A program made the translations under genes and the position numbers. 64,000 nt of DNA from Methanobacteriota archaeon (GTDB lineage Archaea > Thermoplasmatota > Thermoplasmata > SG8-5 > JACRNV01), in NCBI GenBank assembly GCA_016214785.1, contig JACRNV010000056.1:6843-70842 (forward strand). Direction: 5' to 3'. This document shows positions 1-10,463 of the stretch, piece after piece (within the stretch, counting starts at the first letter, position 1; every line of letters starts with the position of its first letter). The notes below the pieces were generated by a model that saw only the letters and a list, made by a program, of their open reading frames with translations, ran no database searches and had not been told where the DNA came from.

Positions 1-486
1 TTGCTACATGATGATACAAGATAGACACCTGCCCAATCCCCTGTCAACTCGTTATTTTCGATCCGACAGTTTTGGACGCTTTCCAACCATATTCCGGAAT
101 CAATTGGTGTGCTGTAAGTGCCTGTGACTGTGAACCCGCTGATATTCACCCAATTTGCAGTTACATAAATCACGTGAGGAGAACCGCTGGGGTTAATGGT
201 GGTATTTTGCCATCCTTGACCATATATGGATAATGACTTGTTGACAATTACCTCTTCGTTATATAGCCCAGCACTGACTTCGATGGTTTGACCGTCAGTT
301 GTGTTTGAAGCATCGATGGCTGCTTGGATTGTTGTAAAATATTCATTTGTCTGTAAGTTATGGACAGAATTAGCCGTTTGTAGGTTAGTTCCGAATCTAG
401 CAGTACCATCTTCAGTCGTGGAAATGATCCCCATGGTACTGCATGCAATTATAGAGCACATGCATATTACGAACGCACGTTTCATA
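1..486 (-). CDS. Secreted right-handed parallel beta-helix repeat protein, N-terminal part (start ATG at 486, runs off the window start); low-GC gene
   Basis: Reverse-strand translation from 486 gives MKRAFVICMCSIIACSTMG... (signal peptide), then beta-helix-like repeats (GxYNEEVIVNKSLSIYG, NISGFTVTG, ENNELTGDW). It is absent from the ORF track because it has no stop inside the window. GC is ~40% against ~63% in the flanks. Confidence 0.55.
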
Positions 487-597
487 TGTCCCTCAATATA
501 ATAGATAGAGAACAGGTCGTATATCTCTTTTTGGTTCCGCGCCCACGTCGAGCATACATTAATATCTCACCTCGCTCATGCGCCGCGCGGTGAGCCA

Positions 598-738
598 AAT
601 GGTCCAGGGTTATTGTGTGAAGTGCAAGGCCAAGACGGAGATCGCGGACGCGAAGAAGATAACGATGAAGAACGGCAAGCCGGCGACGCAGGGCAAGTGC
701 CCGAAGTGCGGCACGAAGGTCTTCAAGATAGGCGCCTA
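598..738 (+). CDS. Small CxxC...CxxC zinc-ribbon protein (46 aa; DUF5679-like)
   Basis: ATG at 598; [46 protein letters not shown]. Two Cys pairs, Lys-rich. Too short for the ORF track. Confidence 0.45.
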
Positions 739-764
739 AAACCATTCTTTTCGCGAGGGCGGGC

Positions 765-1904
765 ATGGAATTCGAACTGACGAAGGAGCACCTGATGCTC
801 GGGGACACCGTGCGCGAGTTCGCAGAGAAAGAGGTCGCTCCCCTGGCCCAGAAGATCGATGATTCCGGGGAGTTCCCATGGCAGACGCTGAAGAAGATGT
901 GGAGGCTCGGGCTCATGGGCATGACGCTGCCCAAGGAGTACGGCGGCCCGGGGAGCGACACCATCGCCTACGTCATCGCGCTCGAAGAGATCTCGAGGGC
1001 GTGCGCGTCCACGGGCGTCATCATGGCCGTGCACAACTCGGTCTGCGCCTACCCCATCTGGAAGTACGGCAGCGAGGACCAGAAGCGCCAGTACCTCAGG
1101 CGCATGGCTGAGGGCGGGGCGCTGGGCGCGTTCGCGCTGACGGAGCCGGGCGCGGGCTCGGACGCCGCGGGCGTGAGAACGACTGCCATAAAAGAAGGCG
1201 ACGAGTACGTCCTCAACGGCTCGAAAATATTCATCACGTCCGGCTCGGAGGCGCACATTCTACTGGTCGTGGCGTCGACCAATCCCGCTGCGGGCGGCAA
1301 GGGGCTGAGCGCCTTCGTCGTGGAAAAAGGGACGCCCGGCTTCGAGTACGGCTCCATCGAGGACAAGATGGGCGTGCGCGCGTCCGCGACCACAGAATTG
1401 GTCTTCGATGAATGCTACCTGCCTGGGACTAGCCTCCTTGGCAACGAGGGGGACGGGCTGAAGATAGCGCTCTCGACGCTGGACAGCGGGCGAACGGGCA
1501 TAGGCGCGCAGGCTCTCGGCATCGCCAGGGGCGCGTTCGAGGAGGCGGTGAAGTATGCGAAGGAGCGCGAGCAGTTCGGCAGGCCCATCGCGAGCCTGCA
1601 GGCAGTACAATGGAAGATCGCTGACATGGCAGTCAAGATCGAGGCGGCCAGGAACCTCGTCCACCGCGCGGCATGGCTAAAGGACAGGGGCCAGCCGTTC
1701 GGCAAAGAGGCGGCGATGGCGAAGCTGTACGCTTCAACCATCGCGAGGGAAGTCACGAACGACGCGGTGCAGATCCACGGCGGTTACGGATACACCAAGG
1801 ACTATCCCGTCGAGCGCTACTACCGGGACGCGAAGGTCACAGAGATTTACGAAGGCACGAGCGAGATCCAGCGCCTGGTAATCGCCAACAGCCTGCTGAG
1901 GTGA
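765..1904 (+). CDS. Acyl-CoA dehydrogenase (short/butyryl-chain type)
   Basis: 379 aa with classic acyl-CoA dehydrogenase motifs (TEPGAGSD, GxKx[18 protein letters not shown]) and a full-length alignable architecture. Confidence 0.93.
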   Translation: MEFELTKEHLMLGDTVREFAEKEVAPLAQKIDDSGEFPWQTLKKMWRLGLMGMTLPKEYGGPGSDTIAYVIALEEISRACASTGVIMAVHNSVCAYPIWKYGSEDQKRQYLRRMAEGGALGAFALTEPGAGSDAAGVRTTAIKEGDEYVLNGSKIFITSGSEAHILLVVASTNPAAGGKGLSAFVVEKGTPGFEYGSIEDKMGVRASATTELVFDECYLPGTSLLGNEGDGLKIALSTLDSGRTGIGAQALGIARGAFEEAVKYAKEREQFGRPIASLQAVQWKIADMAVKIEAARNLVHRAAWLKDRGQPFGKEAAMAKLYASTIAREVTNDAVQIHGGYGYTKDYPVERYYRDAKVTEIYEGTSEIQRLVIANSLLR

Positions 1905-1906
1905 TG

Positions 1907-2350
1907 GGCATCGACGCCGCTGGCTTCAGGCACGACCTCCGCGACAGCGAGAGATTTTTGCAGGACCTGAGAAAGGTATCCCCCGAGCTGCAGGCATTCG
2001 ACGCCGACGCGGTCATTGGTAAGCTCCATCTCATCTCCGCATGGGAAAGGGCGCAGCGCGCTTTCAAGGAAGGGCGGGCCTCGTGCTCGCGCATCGAGCT
2101 CGAGACGCTCTGCTACGCGGCTGGAGAAAGGCAAATCTCGGTGGCGATAGGGCTAGTAGGGGTGAATGATTCGACGAAGCGAATCGCCTTGCTTGGCCCT
2201 GCCGAGGCGATTAAGAGAGCGGAAAAGGAATTGAGCCTCCAGCGCGACGATTCGGCGCTGGAGCCGAGCGCGGAGAAGCTGAAGAGGCTCGGAATCGAGA
2301 GCGAGGACATGGTCTTCGAGCTGATGTCGATGCGAGAGGTGGACGGGTGA
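1907..2350 (+). CDS. Conserved hypothetical protein (~147 aa)
   Basis: ATG at 1907 directly follows the acyl-CoA dehydrogenase stop (GTG ATG). High GC3 coding signature. Its stop overlaps the downstream gene start at 2347. No family confidently recognised. Confidence 0.5.
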   Translation, partial: GIDAAGFRHDLRDSERFLQDLRKVSPELQAFDADAVIGKLHLISAWERAQRAFKEGRASCSRIELETLCYAAGERQISVAIGLVGVNDSTKRIALLGPAEAIKRAEKELSLQRDDSALEPSAEKLKRLGIESEDMVFELMSMREVDG

Positions 2351-2757
2351 GCGCAGAGATAAAACTCCGGACCAAGGGCGAAGGGGACGTGCGTGACATC
2401 ACCGCGGATGCGGCAAAGGCAGTCTCCGATTCCAAGGTAAAGGATGGAATCGCCACTATCTTCGTCGTAGGTTCCACCGCGGCCATCACGACGCTCGAGT
2501 TCGAGCCAGGCCTCGTGGCGGACATGCGCGGCGCCGCCGAGCGCCTCTTCCCGAAGGGCATCGAGTACGAGCACCACAGGCGCTGGGACGACGGCAACGG
2601 CCGCTCGCACGTGCGCGCGGCGTTCGTCGGGCCGAGCGTCACGATTCCAATAGTCAAAGGCAGGCTCGCCCTCGGCACGTGGCAGCAAATCATCCTCCTG
2701 GAATACGACGTCAGGCCCAGGGAGAGGACGGTAGTAGTCCAGGTCGTTGGCCGCTAG
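2347..2757 (+). CDS. YjbQ/UPF0047-family protein (secondary thiamine-phosphate synthase enzyme family)
   Basis: 136 aa; the characteristic ...GIATIFVVGSTAAITTLEFEPGL...HVRAAFVGPSVTIPI...GTWQQIILLEYD pattern. Confidence 0.85.
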   Translation: MSAEIKLRTKGEGDVRDITADAAKAVSDSKVKDGIATIFVVGSTAAITTLEFEPGLVADMRGAAERLFPKGIEYEHHRRWDDGNGRSHVRAAFVGPSVTIPIVKGRLALGTWQQIILLEYDVRPRERTVVVQVVGR

Positions 2758-2804
2758 CCAGCCCCGGACAATTGATATATCTGGCCGGCGCTATCCGCAG
2801 GCGC

Positions 2805-4151
2805 ATGGGACTATTCGAGCCCGGCGACGGCAAGCTCAGGGGGCAGATCCTCCGCTTCACGTGGCCGGTCATACTCACGAACCTGCTTCAGACTCTCACG
2901 GTCACGGTGAACCTCGTGATGGTCGGCAGGCTCGGGCCCGAGGAGGTCGCGGGAGTGGGGCTCGCGAGCCAGATAGTGTTCTTCGCCTACTCGGTCATGA
3001 TTGCCGTGAGCGCGGGGACCATCGCGCTCATAGCGCGGTACACCGGCGCGAAGCAGTTCGACAAGTCCGGCGGCGTGCTGCGCCAGTCGCTCATCCTCGC
3101 AGTGCTGCTGTCGATACCCATCATGCTCATGGGATGGTTCATGTCCGAGCAGATGATGTGGGTCTTCGGCGCGGAACCGGCCGTCCAATCCGTGGGCGCC
3201 GTCTACGTGAAATACATCTTCATGTTCGCCCCGTTCAGCTTCATGGAGTTCATATTCTCGGCCGCCCTGCGCGGGGCCGGGGACATGAAGACGCCGCTGT
3301 ACGTGGCGGTCCTCAACAACGTCGTGAACGTCGTCGTGGGGCAGCTCCTCATCTTCGGGCACTTCGGCTTCCCGGAGATGGGGGTCATGGGCGCGTCCCT
3401 GGCCAACGTCGCCGCGTTCACGGCGGGCACGTGCTCGTTCTTCGTGCTGCTGGCTCGGAAGAAGTTCCCCTTCAAGATGCCAAGGGGCAAGGGGCTCTTC
3501 GACCGCGAGGCCACGCGCAGGGTGCTCAGGATAGGATGGCCGTCCGCGCTCGAGCAGTTCGTCATACAGGCAGGTTTCCTTGTCTTCACGGCGATCATCG
3601 TCTACTTCGGGACGACCGCCCTCGCGGCGCACAACATAGGCCAGAGGGTGCAGAGCCTCGCTTTCATGCCCGGGATGGGGCTCTCCGTGGCCGCCACGGC
3701 TTTAGTGGGCTATAATCTCGGGACGGGGGAGCCGAAGAAGGCGGAGGAGTGCGGGTGGGAATCGACGAAGCTGGCGATATTGATGATGTGCGCCGTCGCC
3801 GCGTTCATGTTCGTCTTCGCCGAGCAGATGGCGTGGATATTCATAGACGACCAGCCCACTGTGCAACTTGCCAGCATATGGATAAGGCTGCAGGCCATAA
3901 GCATGCCAGCGGTCGGCATACACTTCACGCTCTCCGGCGCGCTCAGGGGTGCGGGGGACACGAGATGGCCGCTCGTCGCCTCGGCGATAGGCATCTACGC
4001 CGTGCGCCTGCCGCTCTCCGTATTCATCGGCATCTACCTCGGCATAGGCATCATGGGCGCGTGGCTGGCGTTCATCATCGAGTACTACGTGCGCTCCGTC
4101 GTCATCCTCTGGCGCTTCCGGCGGGGGAGCTGGAAGACGATAAAAGTCTGA
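2805..4151 (+). CDS. MATE-family multidrug/oligosaccharide efflux transporter
   Basis: Twelve predicted TM helices. MATE signatures (WPVILTNLLQ, two GAGD-containing halves). Start trimmed to ATG 2805 to avoid overlap with the YjbQ-family gene. Confidence 0.88.
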   Translation: MGLFEPGDGKLRGQILRFTWPVILTNLLQTLTVTVNLVMVGRLGPEEVAGVGLASQIVFFAYSVMIAVSAGTIALIARYTGAKQFDKSGGVLRQSLILAVLLSIPIMLMGWFMSEQMMWVFGAEPAVQSVGAVYVKYIFMFAPFSFMEFIFSAALRGAGDMKTPLYVAVLNNVVNVVVGQLLIFGHFGFPEMGVMGASLANVAAFTAGTCSFFVLLARKKFPFKMPRGKGLFDREATRRVLRIGWPSALEQFVIQAGFLVFTAIIVYFGTTALAAHNIGQRVQSLAFMPGMGLSVAATALVGYNLGTGEPKKAEECGWESTKLAILMMCAVAAFMFVFAEQMAWIFIDDQPTVQLASIWIRLQAISMPAVGIHFTLSGALRGAGDTRWPLVASAIGIYAVRLPLSVFIGIYLGIGIMGAWLAFIIEYYVRSVVILWRFRRGSWKTIKV

Positions 4152-4253
4152 TAACGTATTTTAGAGAAGACAAGGGACGCGAGCGCGCGTTCTGGGAAAG
4201 AAACTTTTATTTACCCCCCAATGCCTTCTGTTGCCTGTTTAAGGAGGGGCCCG

Positions 4254-7200
4254 ATGCGGTCCGTTTGGGGAACGCTCGCAGTTTGTCTGGCGGCACTAGT
4301 CGTGCTCTCGACGCTCTCGCTCCAGCCCGGCGCCAGGGCCGAGGACTCGGGCGCGACGGCCGTTGAGCCTGTCGTCCCCCCTCAGTTCGCCAACCTCGAG
4401 GTGCGCGACATCGCGTGGAGCGCGAACAACACGCTGTGCGTCGTCGTCGGAATCGATTGGTCGGCGACGGGGAACTGCGCGTTCTACAACGACACCAACA
4501 CAGCGAACGGCTGGCAGCCGCTCCCCTTCATCGTCGGGGCGAATGATAGATTGCTGGGCGTAGATTACGACCCAATCTCCAACTACTTCGTCATGGTAGG
4601 GGTGAATACAGGGACTTTCAACCAGCTCGTCTACCTCTGGTACCCGGGGAGCACCTGGTTCACCATCGCCACGCCCGGAGGCGCTTATGGCGCCTTCATG
4701 GACGTGGCCTGCATCCCCGCGACGAGGTTCATGGCCATCACCGACCAGGGGTTCGCCTTCTACTACCACTACCTCTCGCCGACGTGGTATTACAACGAGA
4801 CGAAAGGCGCCCTGCCTACCGGGGCTGTTTCGCTGAATAACGTCATGTACGACCCTAACGACGGCATCGTCCTCATGTCCGGCGGCTCAACACTGACCAA
4901 CGGGTGCGCGTACGGCGCTTGGACCCAGGACCTCTTCGCGGAGCGCTTCTACGCCTTCAACGTCGGCCCCAACTCATCGTTCCCGATGTTCAGGGGCGGC
5001 GACTGGTGCCAGCAGTACGACTACGGCGTCCTGGCAGGGAATAGGAACATCACGAAGATTACCGTCGATACCGACCCCTACAACTGGTTCGAGGACGATA
5101 TATACAGCGCCACATCTCCGTCGGCCAGGCGGGAGAGCACGATAGCATACTGCGGTGGGTCTGGCAAGATCGTCCTATTCGGAGGCTGGAACGGCACGTA
5201 CATGAGCGACACATGGGAATACAACGTCTTCAAGAAGACATGGACGAAGATGAACCCGGCGTCGTACCCAGAGGGCAGATACGGCCACGCCATGGCATAC
5301 GACAAGAACAGGATGGAGGTCATCCTATACGGCGGGCAGACCTCCGGCGGTCTGCAGCAGGACACGTGGACGTACAACATCACCAGCGGGATTTGGTTAA
5401 ACAGGGCTTCCAGCTCCCCCCTTGGCATCCTGAGAGACCATGCGATGACGTTCTGCGATTCGCTCGGGAGGGTCGTCTGCTACGGAGGCTACAACGCTGG
5501 GGCGAAGAATGACATGGCCAGCTGGGGAGGCGCGGCCTGGGCGACGATGAGCGTCGGCTCCCCAGGACCCCTGACCTACGAGCATGCCATGGCCTACGAC
5601 CCGTATTACAACCTCATCGTCATGTTCGGCGGCGTGGGCTTCGAGGGCTCGACCTACGTCTACAATTTCACAACCGGCTGGGCGGCAATATCACCACCGA
5701 CTATACCGCCATCGCGCAGCGGTCATACCGCCGCATACTCGTCCTATCTGGCCGGAGTCGCGATATACGGCGGCCAGTATTCGGGATATCTAGACGATGT
5801 CTGGTACTACAATTGCTCCGCGAATCGATGGTACAGCTACGTCCCGTGCAACTTGCCCGCCCAGCTGGCGACCCACGCGATGACCGCCGGATACAATGGT
5901 ATGCTCTACGTTTTCGGCGGATACAACTCTTCCGGGGCCGACCATTACCAGACCTACGTCCTGGGCAGGCAGCTGGACGTCAACGGTACCGTCCTCAGCG
6001 ATAATGCTACCAAGACCTGGTACGCCGTCTGCTGGTATCCATACACGGCAACGGCGGACACCGAGGCCCTGATAGTCGGCAACGACGGCAACATCAGCAG
6101 GCTCGACCCCAACGTCACGTACATACAGCCGATGGAGAACCCGTACGCCCAGCTAGGAAGGCACCTCTACGCCGTAGGCTGCAAGGCGCCCACGAGCCCG
6201 GGATACGCCTTCGCGCTCGGCTCGCCCGGCGGCGGAGTGAAGATAAACCAGGTCTCTGCGGGCAGCCAGGTCACGGTCGGGGCGGACGTCCCGCACGTCG
6301 TGTGGCTCAACCTGAACAACAGCGCGGGTTCACCGATTAACAACGGTAAAATAAACGTGGACAGCGGCTCGTACAGCAGCTATGTCGTAATGGACGCCGA
6401 GATTTACAGCAAATGGGGGACTGCCAACTTCACGCAGATAGACCTCTACGGCTGGCACGATGGCGGAAGTACCGGCGTAGACCAGCCGGTCACCATGGGA
6501 AACGGGTTCGATGCTCCAGGCGCCGAGAACCTCCGGCTCCACTACCGGTACACCGTCGCGGGTGGCATCCTGGCGCAGGTGTACCCGAACCATCCCGGCG
6601 ACCTCGAGTCCGTCCTCTGGAACGGGAACAGCTTCTACAATCCCTTCAATTTCACGAGTGCGTGGGTCAGGTTCTCGTTCTGGCCAATGAAGCAATTCAG
6701 GCACGCCCCCGGGCCGCCGGTATGGACCGAGCCCGCAGGCAGCAGGTACAGCTATGCCGTGAACGGCCAGGAGAACGCGAGCGCCCTCAACGACCCGTAT
6801 TCCTGGGACTTCAAGCTCAAGGTCACACTCGCGGACGGCATGAACTCCTCCGCATACGAGGAACTGGGCGTCTACAAGTACACGTACATCGGCGCAGGCA
6901 ACCTGCCCGGGGACCAATCGGGCAGCGGGCCGCCGGGCGGCACGGTCTACCTCGCCCCGACGGGGAACGTCTCATTCGTTTCCAACTGCAACTATTCCCT
7001 GAAAGTGTACATGGACGGCCTGCTCAGGGGCGTGAACGACGCGAACCGCACGATGCCCGCCTCGGCGCTGGGGGTGATGGGCGGCGACCTGCAGAACTGG
7101 TCCGTCCCCGGCACGCAGGCGCACTTCAACGGCACCGGCTCGGCGAACGCCCTATACCTCTTCGCCTGGAGCGGGGGATACCTGTCCCCGAGGGCGGCCG

Positions 7201-7322
7201 ACGTGCTCACCCATACGGGCCAAGGCGCCGTAGGGACGGTGGGATGGCGCTGCATCGTACCAATGGGTACGGCCGAGGACAGATACTCGACGACCGTGAC
7301 ATTCGTCCTGGAGCATGATTGA
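4254..7322 (+). CDS. Secreted Kelch-repeat (galactose-oxidase-like beta-propeller) glycoprotein, paralog 1
   Basis: GGAGG Shine-Dalgarno 7 nt before ATG 4254. Signal peptide MRSVWGTLAVCLAALVVLS. Kelch motifs (GGxxxxxxxDTWxYN..W, YGHAMAYD). Dozens of N-x-S/T sequons. Confidence 0.8.
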   Translation: MRSVWGTLAVCLAALVVLSTLSLQPGARAEDSGATAVEPVVPPQFANLEVRDIAWSANNTLCVVVGIDWSATGNCAFYNDTNTANGWQPLPFIVGANDRLLGVDYDPISNYFVMVGVNTGTFNQLVYLWYPGSTWFTIATPGGAYGAFMDVACIPATRFMAITDQGFAFYYHYLSPTWYYNETKGALPTGAVSLNNVMYDPNDGIVLMSGGSTLTNGCAYGAWTQDLFAERFYAFNVGPNSSFPMFRGGDWCQQYDYGVLAGNRNITKITVDTDPYNWFEDDIYSATSPSARRESTIAYCGGSGKIVLFGGWNGTYMSDTWEYNVFKKTWTKMNPASYPEGRYGHAMAYDKNRMEVILYGGQTSGGLQQDTWTYNITSGIWLNRASSSPLGILRDHAMTFCDSLGRVVCYGGYNAGAKNDMASWGGAAWATMSVGSPGPLTYEHAMAYDPYYNLIVMFGGVGFEGSTYVYNFTTGWAAISPPTIPPSRSGHTAAYSSYLAGVAIYGGQYSGYLDDVWYYNCSANRWYSYVPCNLPAQLATHAMTAGYNGMLYVFGGYNSSGADHYQTYVLGRQLDVNGTVLSDNATKTWYAVCWYPYTATADTEALIVGNDGNISRLDPNVTYIQPMENPYAQLGRHLYAVGCKAPTSPGYAFALGSPGGGVKINQVSAGSQVTVGADVPHVVWLNLNNSAGSPINNGKINVDSGSYSSYVVMDAEIYSKWGTANFTQIDLYGWHDGGSTGVDQPVTMGNGFDAPGAENLRLHYRYTVAGGILAQVYPNHPGDLESVLWNGNSFYNPFNFTSAWVRFSFWPMKQFRHAPGPPVWTEPAGSRYSYAVNGQENASALNDPYSWDFKLKVTLADGMNSSAYEELGVYKYTYIGAGNLPGDQSGSGPPGGTVYLAPTGNVSFVSNCNYSLKVYMDGLLRGVNDANRTMPASALGVMGGDLQNWSVPGTQAHFNGTGSANALYLFAWSGGYLSPRAADVLTHTGQGAVGTVGWRCIVPMGTAEDRYSTTVTFVLEHD
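7011..7150. repeat. ~140 nt near-identical tract shared by the two Kelch paralogs (copy A)
   Basis: …atggacggcctgctcaggggcgtgaacgacgcgaaccgcacgatgcc…cacttcaacggcaccggctcggcgaa… matches 10101..10240 almost base-for-base, while the rest of the two genes has diverged. Confidence 0.8.
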
Positions 7323-7377
7323 GGTGACAAGATGACATCCATATCATTTCTCAGCAAGGTTGGACGGGGGTGCAACG

Positions 7378-10300
7378 ATGGCGTCTAGGAAAATGTGCGT
7401 GCTGGTGGCCCTGATGCTGCTGGCGTCGTCGATGGCTCTGCTATGCACGAGGGCCGAGGACACCGGCACGAAGGGCGTGCAGCTCCTGTCCGGCCAGCCG
7501 TCCGACCTGGACACCTTCGACATCGCCTGGAACTCCAATTTCAGCTATGCCGTCGCCGTTGGCGAGAACATCCTGGGCGCCGACAACATCGCGTACTCAT
7601 ACAGCGCAAAAAGCGGCGCCTGGACCCCGCACGTTGATTGGGGGAGCACCGGAATATTATATGGCGTCGATTACGACCCGTACTCCGGATACTTCTACGC
7701 CGCTGGAGAGGACGGCATCTCAGGCATCATCGTCTACATAGACGCCTATGGGACCTACTGGAACACAATCAGCGCGCCGGCCGGAGTCAGCGTATTGAAA
7801 GACATACTCTTCATAGACAGCAACAGGTTCCTCGTCATCTCCGACACGAGGGCATTCATCTACGGTTTTTCCGGGTCCTGGGGCTACACCGAAGTGGCTG
7901 GCGCCCTTCCGCTGTCCGTTGGAAACCTACGCTCTGTCTTCGCCGACGATTCAGCGGGCGTCTTCTGGATCGTCGGCTCCGATGGGCTCGGGGGCGCAGA
8001 GTCCCTCGTGCTGTTCATGGGGGACATCAACAACGGCATATACGCCGCCTACGACTACACCCCGCAGGGGTACGCCCCGATGAACAGCGGCGACCACAGC
8101 CCGTCCGCGGACTATTCCCTCGTAGTCGGGGACGGGCAGGTGACGAAGCTCGCCGAGAGGCAGTACAGCTGGAACTTCACCCAGCTCCATCCGCGCGGGG
8201 GTCCGCCCGGCGTGAGGACGTCCCCGGCCATGGTCTACTGCCAGAACGACTTCAAGCTCGTGACCTTCGGCGGGTACGAAGGCGCGGGCATCTATCCTGA
8301 CGAGACGTGGGAATACAACCTTTTCACGAACAGATGGACCTCGTACTCGCCGACGCCCAGGCCCCCCGGCAGGCGCTACCATTCGATGGCGTACAACCCA
8401 GTATTGAACGAGATAATCCTATTTGGCGGCTTCGGCGCCAGCGGAGCCTTGCAAGACACGTGGAAGTACTTCCCGGCCAACCACACATGGTGGCAGGTCG
8501 CATCGACCACGCCCTTCGGCGCACGCTACGGGCACCAGCTCGTTTTCAACGATTGGACGCTCCGCATCGTAACCTACGGAGGCTACAACGGCAGCCCGAC
8601 GAATACGATGGCCGAATGGAACGGCGCAGCATGGGCCGTCCTATCACCGGGCGGGACGCCGCCGCCGGTCTATAATCATGCCATGGCCTACGACAAGGCG
8701 AGCCAGCACATCGTCCTCTTCGGCGGCGTCGGTAACCCAGGGCAGGACTCCGCGACATACGCCTACGACCCTTCGACAAACACTTGGGCTCAACTCTTTC
8801 CGGCAGTGTCCGCGCCCAAAAGGTCCTTCGGTTCGATGTCATGGAACTACGGCATACAGGGCGTATGCATGTACGGGGGCTTCGACACGGCTTGCCTGGA
8901 CCAGATATGGTACTACCGGTACCTGGACAACACATGGTACCTATGGCAGAACACGGGCGTGGCCCTGAGCCAGTCAAGCATAGCGGTCGACTACTATAAC
9001 GGCATCTACATCTTCGGGGGGGTGAACGATGGCGGCCAGTACACCAGGGACCTCTTCAAGTACGGCAGGATCCTCGACATGAGCGGCACCGGCCTCATCT
9101 TCAATAGGACTGGGTATATCTGGAGGGACGTCGACTGGTACACGGGCGGCACCGGGTCGCCTGACGCAATCATCGTCGGGAACAACGGCAACCTCAGCCA
9201 CCACTCGGTGGGGATGGAAGGCATCTCTTTCATCGAGAACACCATCACCGCGAACCAGTTCTTCGCCGTCGCCTGCAGGCCGCCGCAGAGCCCCGGCTAC
9301 GCCATCGCCATGGGCAACGCCGGATCCGGCGTCCGCATCAACCAGGTGTTCACCAGCTCGACGGTATCGGTCGATTCGGAGCTGCCGCACATCGCCTACA
9401 TGTATATCAACGACAGCGCCAACCAGCCGATGAACAACGCCAAAATCAACGTCGACGTTGGGACATACACCACCTGGTACAAGGTCGAGGCCGAGCTCTA
9501 CTACCTGCAGGGGCAGGCGAACTTCACGACCATCGACCTCTGGGGCTGGCGCGACAACGGCTCCCTGTACGGGGACGTACCGGCCATCCTGGGATCGGGC
9601 TTCGACAACGCCGGTTACGAGAATGTCCGGTTCCACTACACATACACTGTGCTTGGAAATGTATGGAGCCAGGTCTACCCCAACCACGCGGGGGAGATGG
9701 AATCGCAGATGTGGTTCGGCAACTGCTTCTACAACGTACTCAACTCGACGAGCACACGCATCACCTTCTGCTTCTACCCGCTGAAGCAGTTCAGGACCGC
9801 CAGCGGGCCGACCATCTGGTCCGAGCCTGCGGGCACCCGGTACGCCAGCGGCGTCCTTAACGGCCAGGAGAACGTCAGCGCCCTCAACGACCCCTTCACG
9901 TGGAACCTTAAAATGACGGCGAACACCAACGACGGGACGAACAACAGCGCGTACGACGAGTTCGGCGTCTACAAGTATACGTACATAGGGGCGGCGGACG
10001 TGCCCGCGACCATCTCTGGCAGCGGGCCACCGGGCGGCACGGTCTACCTGGCGCCGGAGCAGAACGTCACCTTCATCTCGAACTGCAACTACACGTTCAA
10101 AGTGTATATGGACGGCCTGCTGAGGGGCGTGAACGACGCGAACCGCACGATGCCTGCCTCGGCGCTGGGCGTCATGGGCGGCGACCTGCAGAACTGGTCC
10201 GTCCCCGGCACGCAGGCGCACTTCAACGGCACCGGCTCGGCGAATGCGCTCTATCTCTTCGGGGCGAACGCCACGTACAGGCTCCCCGAATTCACGGGGC

Positions 10301-10419
10301 CATCCACCTCCACGGGAATCGGGTCCGTCGGCACGGTGCGGTGGCGGTGCATCATCCCGATGGCCACGCCCGAGGACAGGTACACGACGACCGTCACCTT
10401 CTTGCTCGAGCACGATTGA
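7378..10419 (+). CDS. Secreted Kelch-repeat glycoprotein, paralog 2 (tandem to the 4254..7322 gene)
   Basis: Signal peptide MASRKMCVLVALMLLASSMALL. Same domain order as paralog 1 and a near-identical C-terminus (…YMDGLLRGVNDANRTMPASALGVMGGDLQNWSVPGTQAHFNGTGSANALYLF…LEHD). Alternative start ATG 7360. Confidence 0.8.
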   Translation: MASRKMCVLVALMLLASSMALLCTRAEDTGTKGVQLLSGQPSDLDTFDIAWNSNFSYAVAVGENILGADNIAYSYSAKSGAWTPHVDWGSTGILYGVDYDPYSGYFYAAGEDGISGIIVYIDAYGTYWNTISAPAGVSVLKDILFIDSNRFLVISDTRAFIYGFSGSWGYTEVAGALPLSVGNLRSVFADDSAGVFWIVGSDGLGGAESLVLFMGDINNGIYAAYDYTPQGYAPMNSGDHSPSADYSLVVGDGQVTKLAERQYSWNFTQLHPRGGPPGVRTSPAMVYCQNDFKLVTFGGYEGAGIYPDETWEYNLFTNRWTSYSPTPRPPGRRYHSMAYNPVLNEIILFGGFGASGALQDTWKYFPANHTWWQVASTTPFGARYGHQLVFNDWTLRIVTYGGYNGSPTNTMAEWNGAAWAVLSPGGTPPPVYNHAMAYDKASQHIVLFGGVGNPGQDSATYAYDPSTNTWAQLFPAVSAPKRSFGSMSWNYGIQGVCMYGGFDTACLDQIWYYRYLDNTWYLWQNTGVALSQSSIAVDYYNGIYIFGGVNDGGQYTRDLFKYGRILDMSGTGLIFNRTGYIWRDVDWYTGGTGSPDAIIVGNNGNLSHHSVGMEGISFIENTITANQFFAVACRPPQSPGYAIAMGNAGSGVRINQVFTSSTVSVDSELPHIAYMYINDSANQPMNNAKINVDVGTYTTWYKVEAELYYLQGQANFTTIDLWGWRDNGSLYGDVPAILGSGFDNAGYENVRFHYTYTVLGNVWSQVYPNHAGEMESQMWFGNCFYNVLNSTSTRITFCFYPLKQFRTASGPTIWSEPAGTRYASGVLNGQENVSALNDPFTWNLKMTANTNDGTNNSAYDEFGVYKYTYIGAADVPATISGSGPPGGTVYLAPEQNVTFISNCNYTFKVYMDGLLRGVNDANRTMPASALGVMGGDLQNWSVPGTQAHFNGTGSANALYLFGANATYRLPEFTGPSTSTGIGSVGTVRWRCIIPMATPEDRYTTTVTFLLEHD
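10101..10240. repeat. Near-identical tract, copy B (in paralog 2)
   Basis: See copy A; a few synonymous or near-synonymous differences only. Confidence 0.8.
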
Positions 10420-10463
10420 CGTACTTCAGAGCCGGCAAACCTCCACCGGGAAGGCCTCCGACG

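Noticed and set aside
2747-3715. Long ORFs 2747..3715 (+) and 2811..3632 (-) overlapping the MATE-family transporter gene
   Set aside because: These are alternative-frame ORFs of the kind GC-rich DNA produces. Their translations are Arg/Gly/Pro-rich with no domain pattern, while the MATE frame has a clear 12-TM signature.
8974-10413. 479-aa minus-strand ORF antisense to Kelch paralog 2 (and similar antisense ORFs 6330..6917, 4296..4769)
   Set aside because: They are antisense to a well-supported gene. Composition is Arg/Val/Gly/Asp-biased as in GC noise, with no start context.
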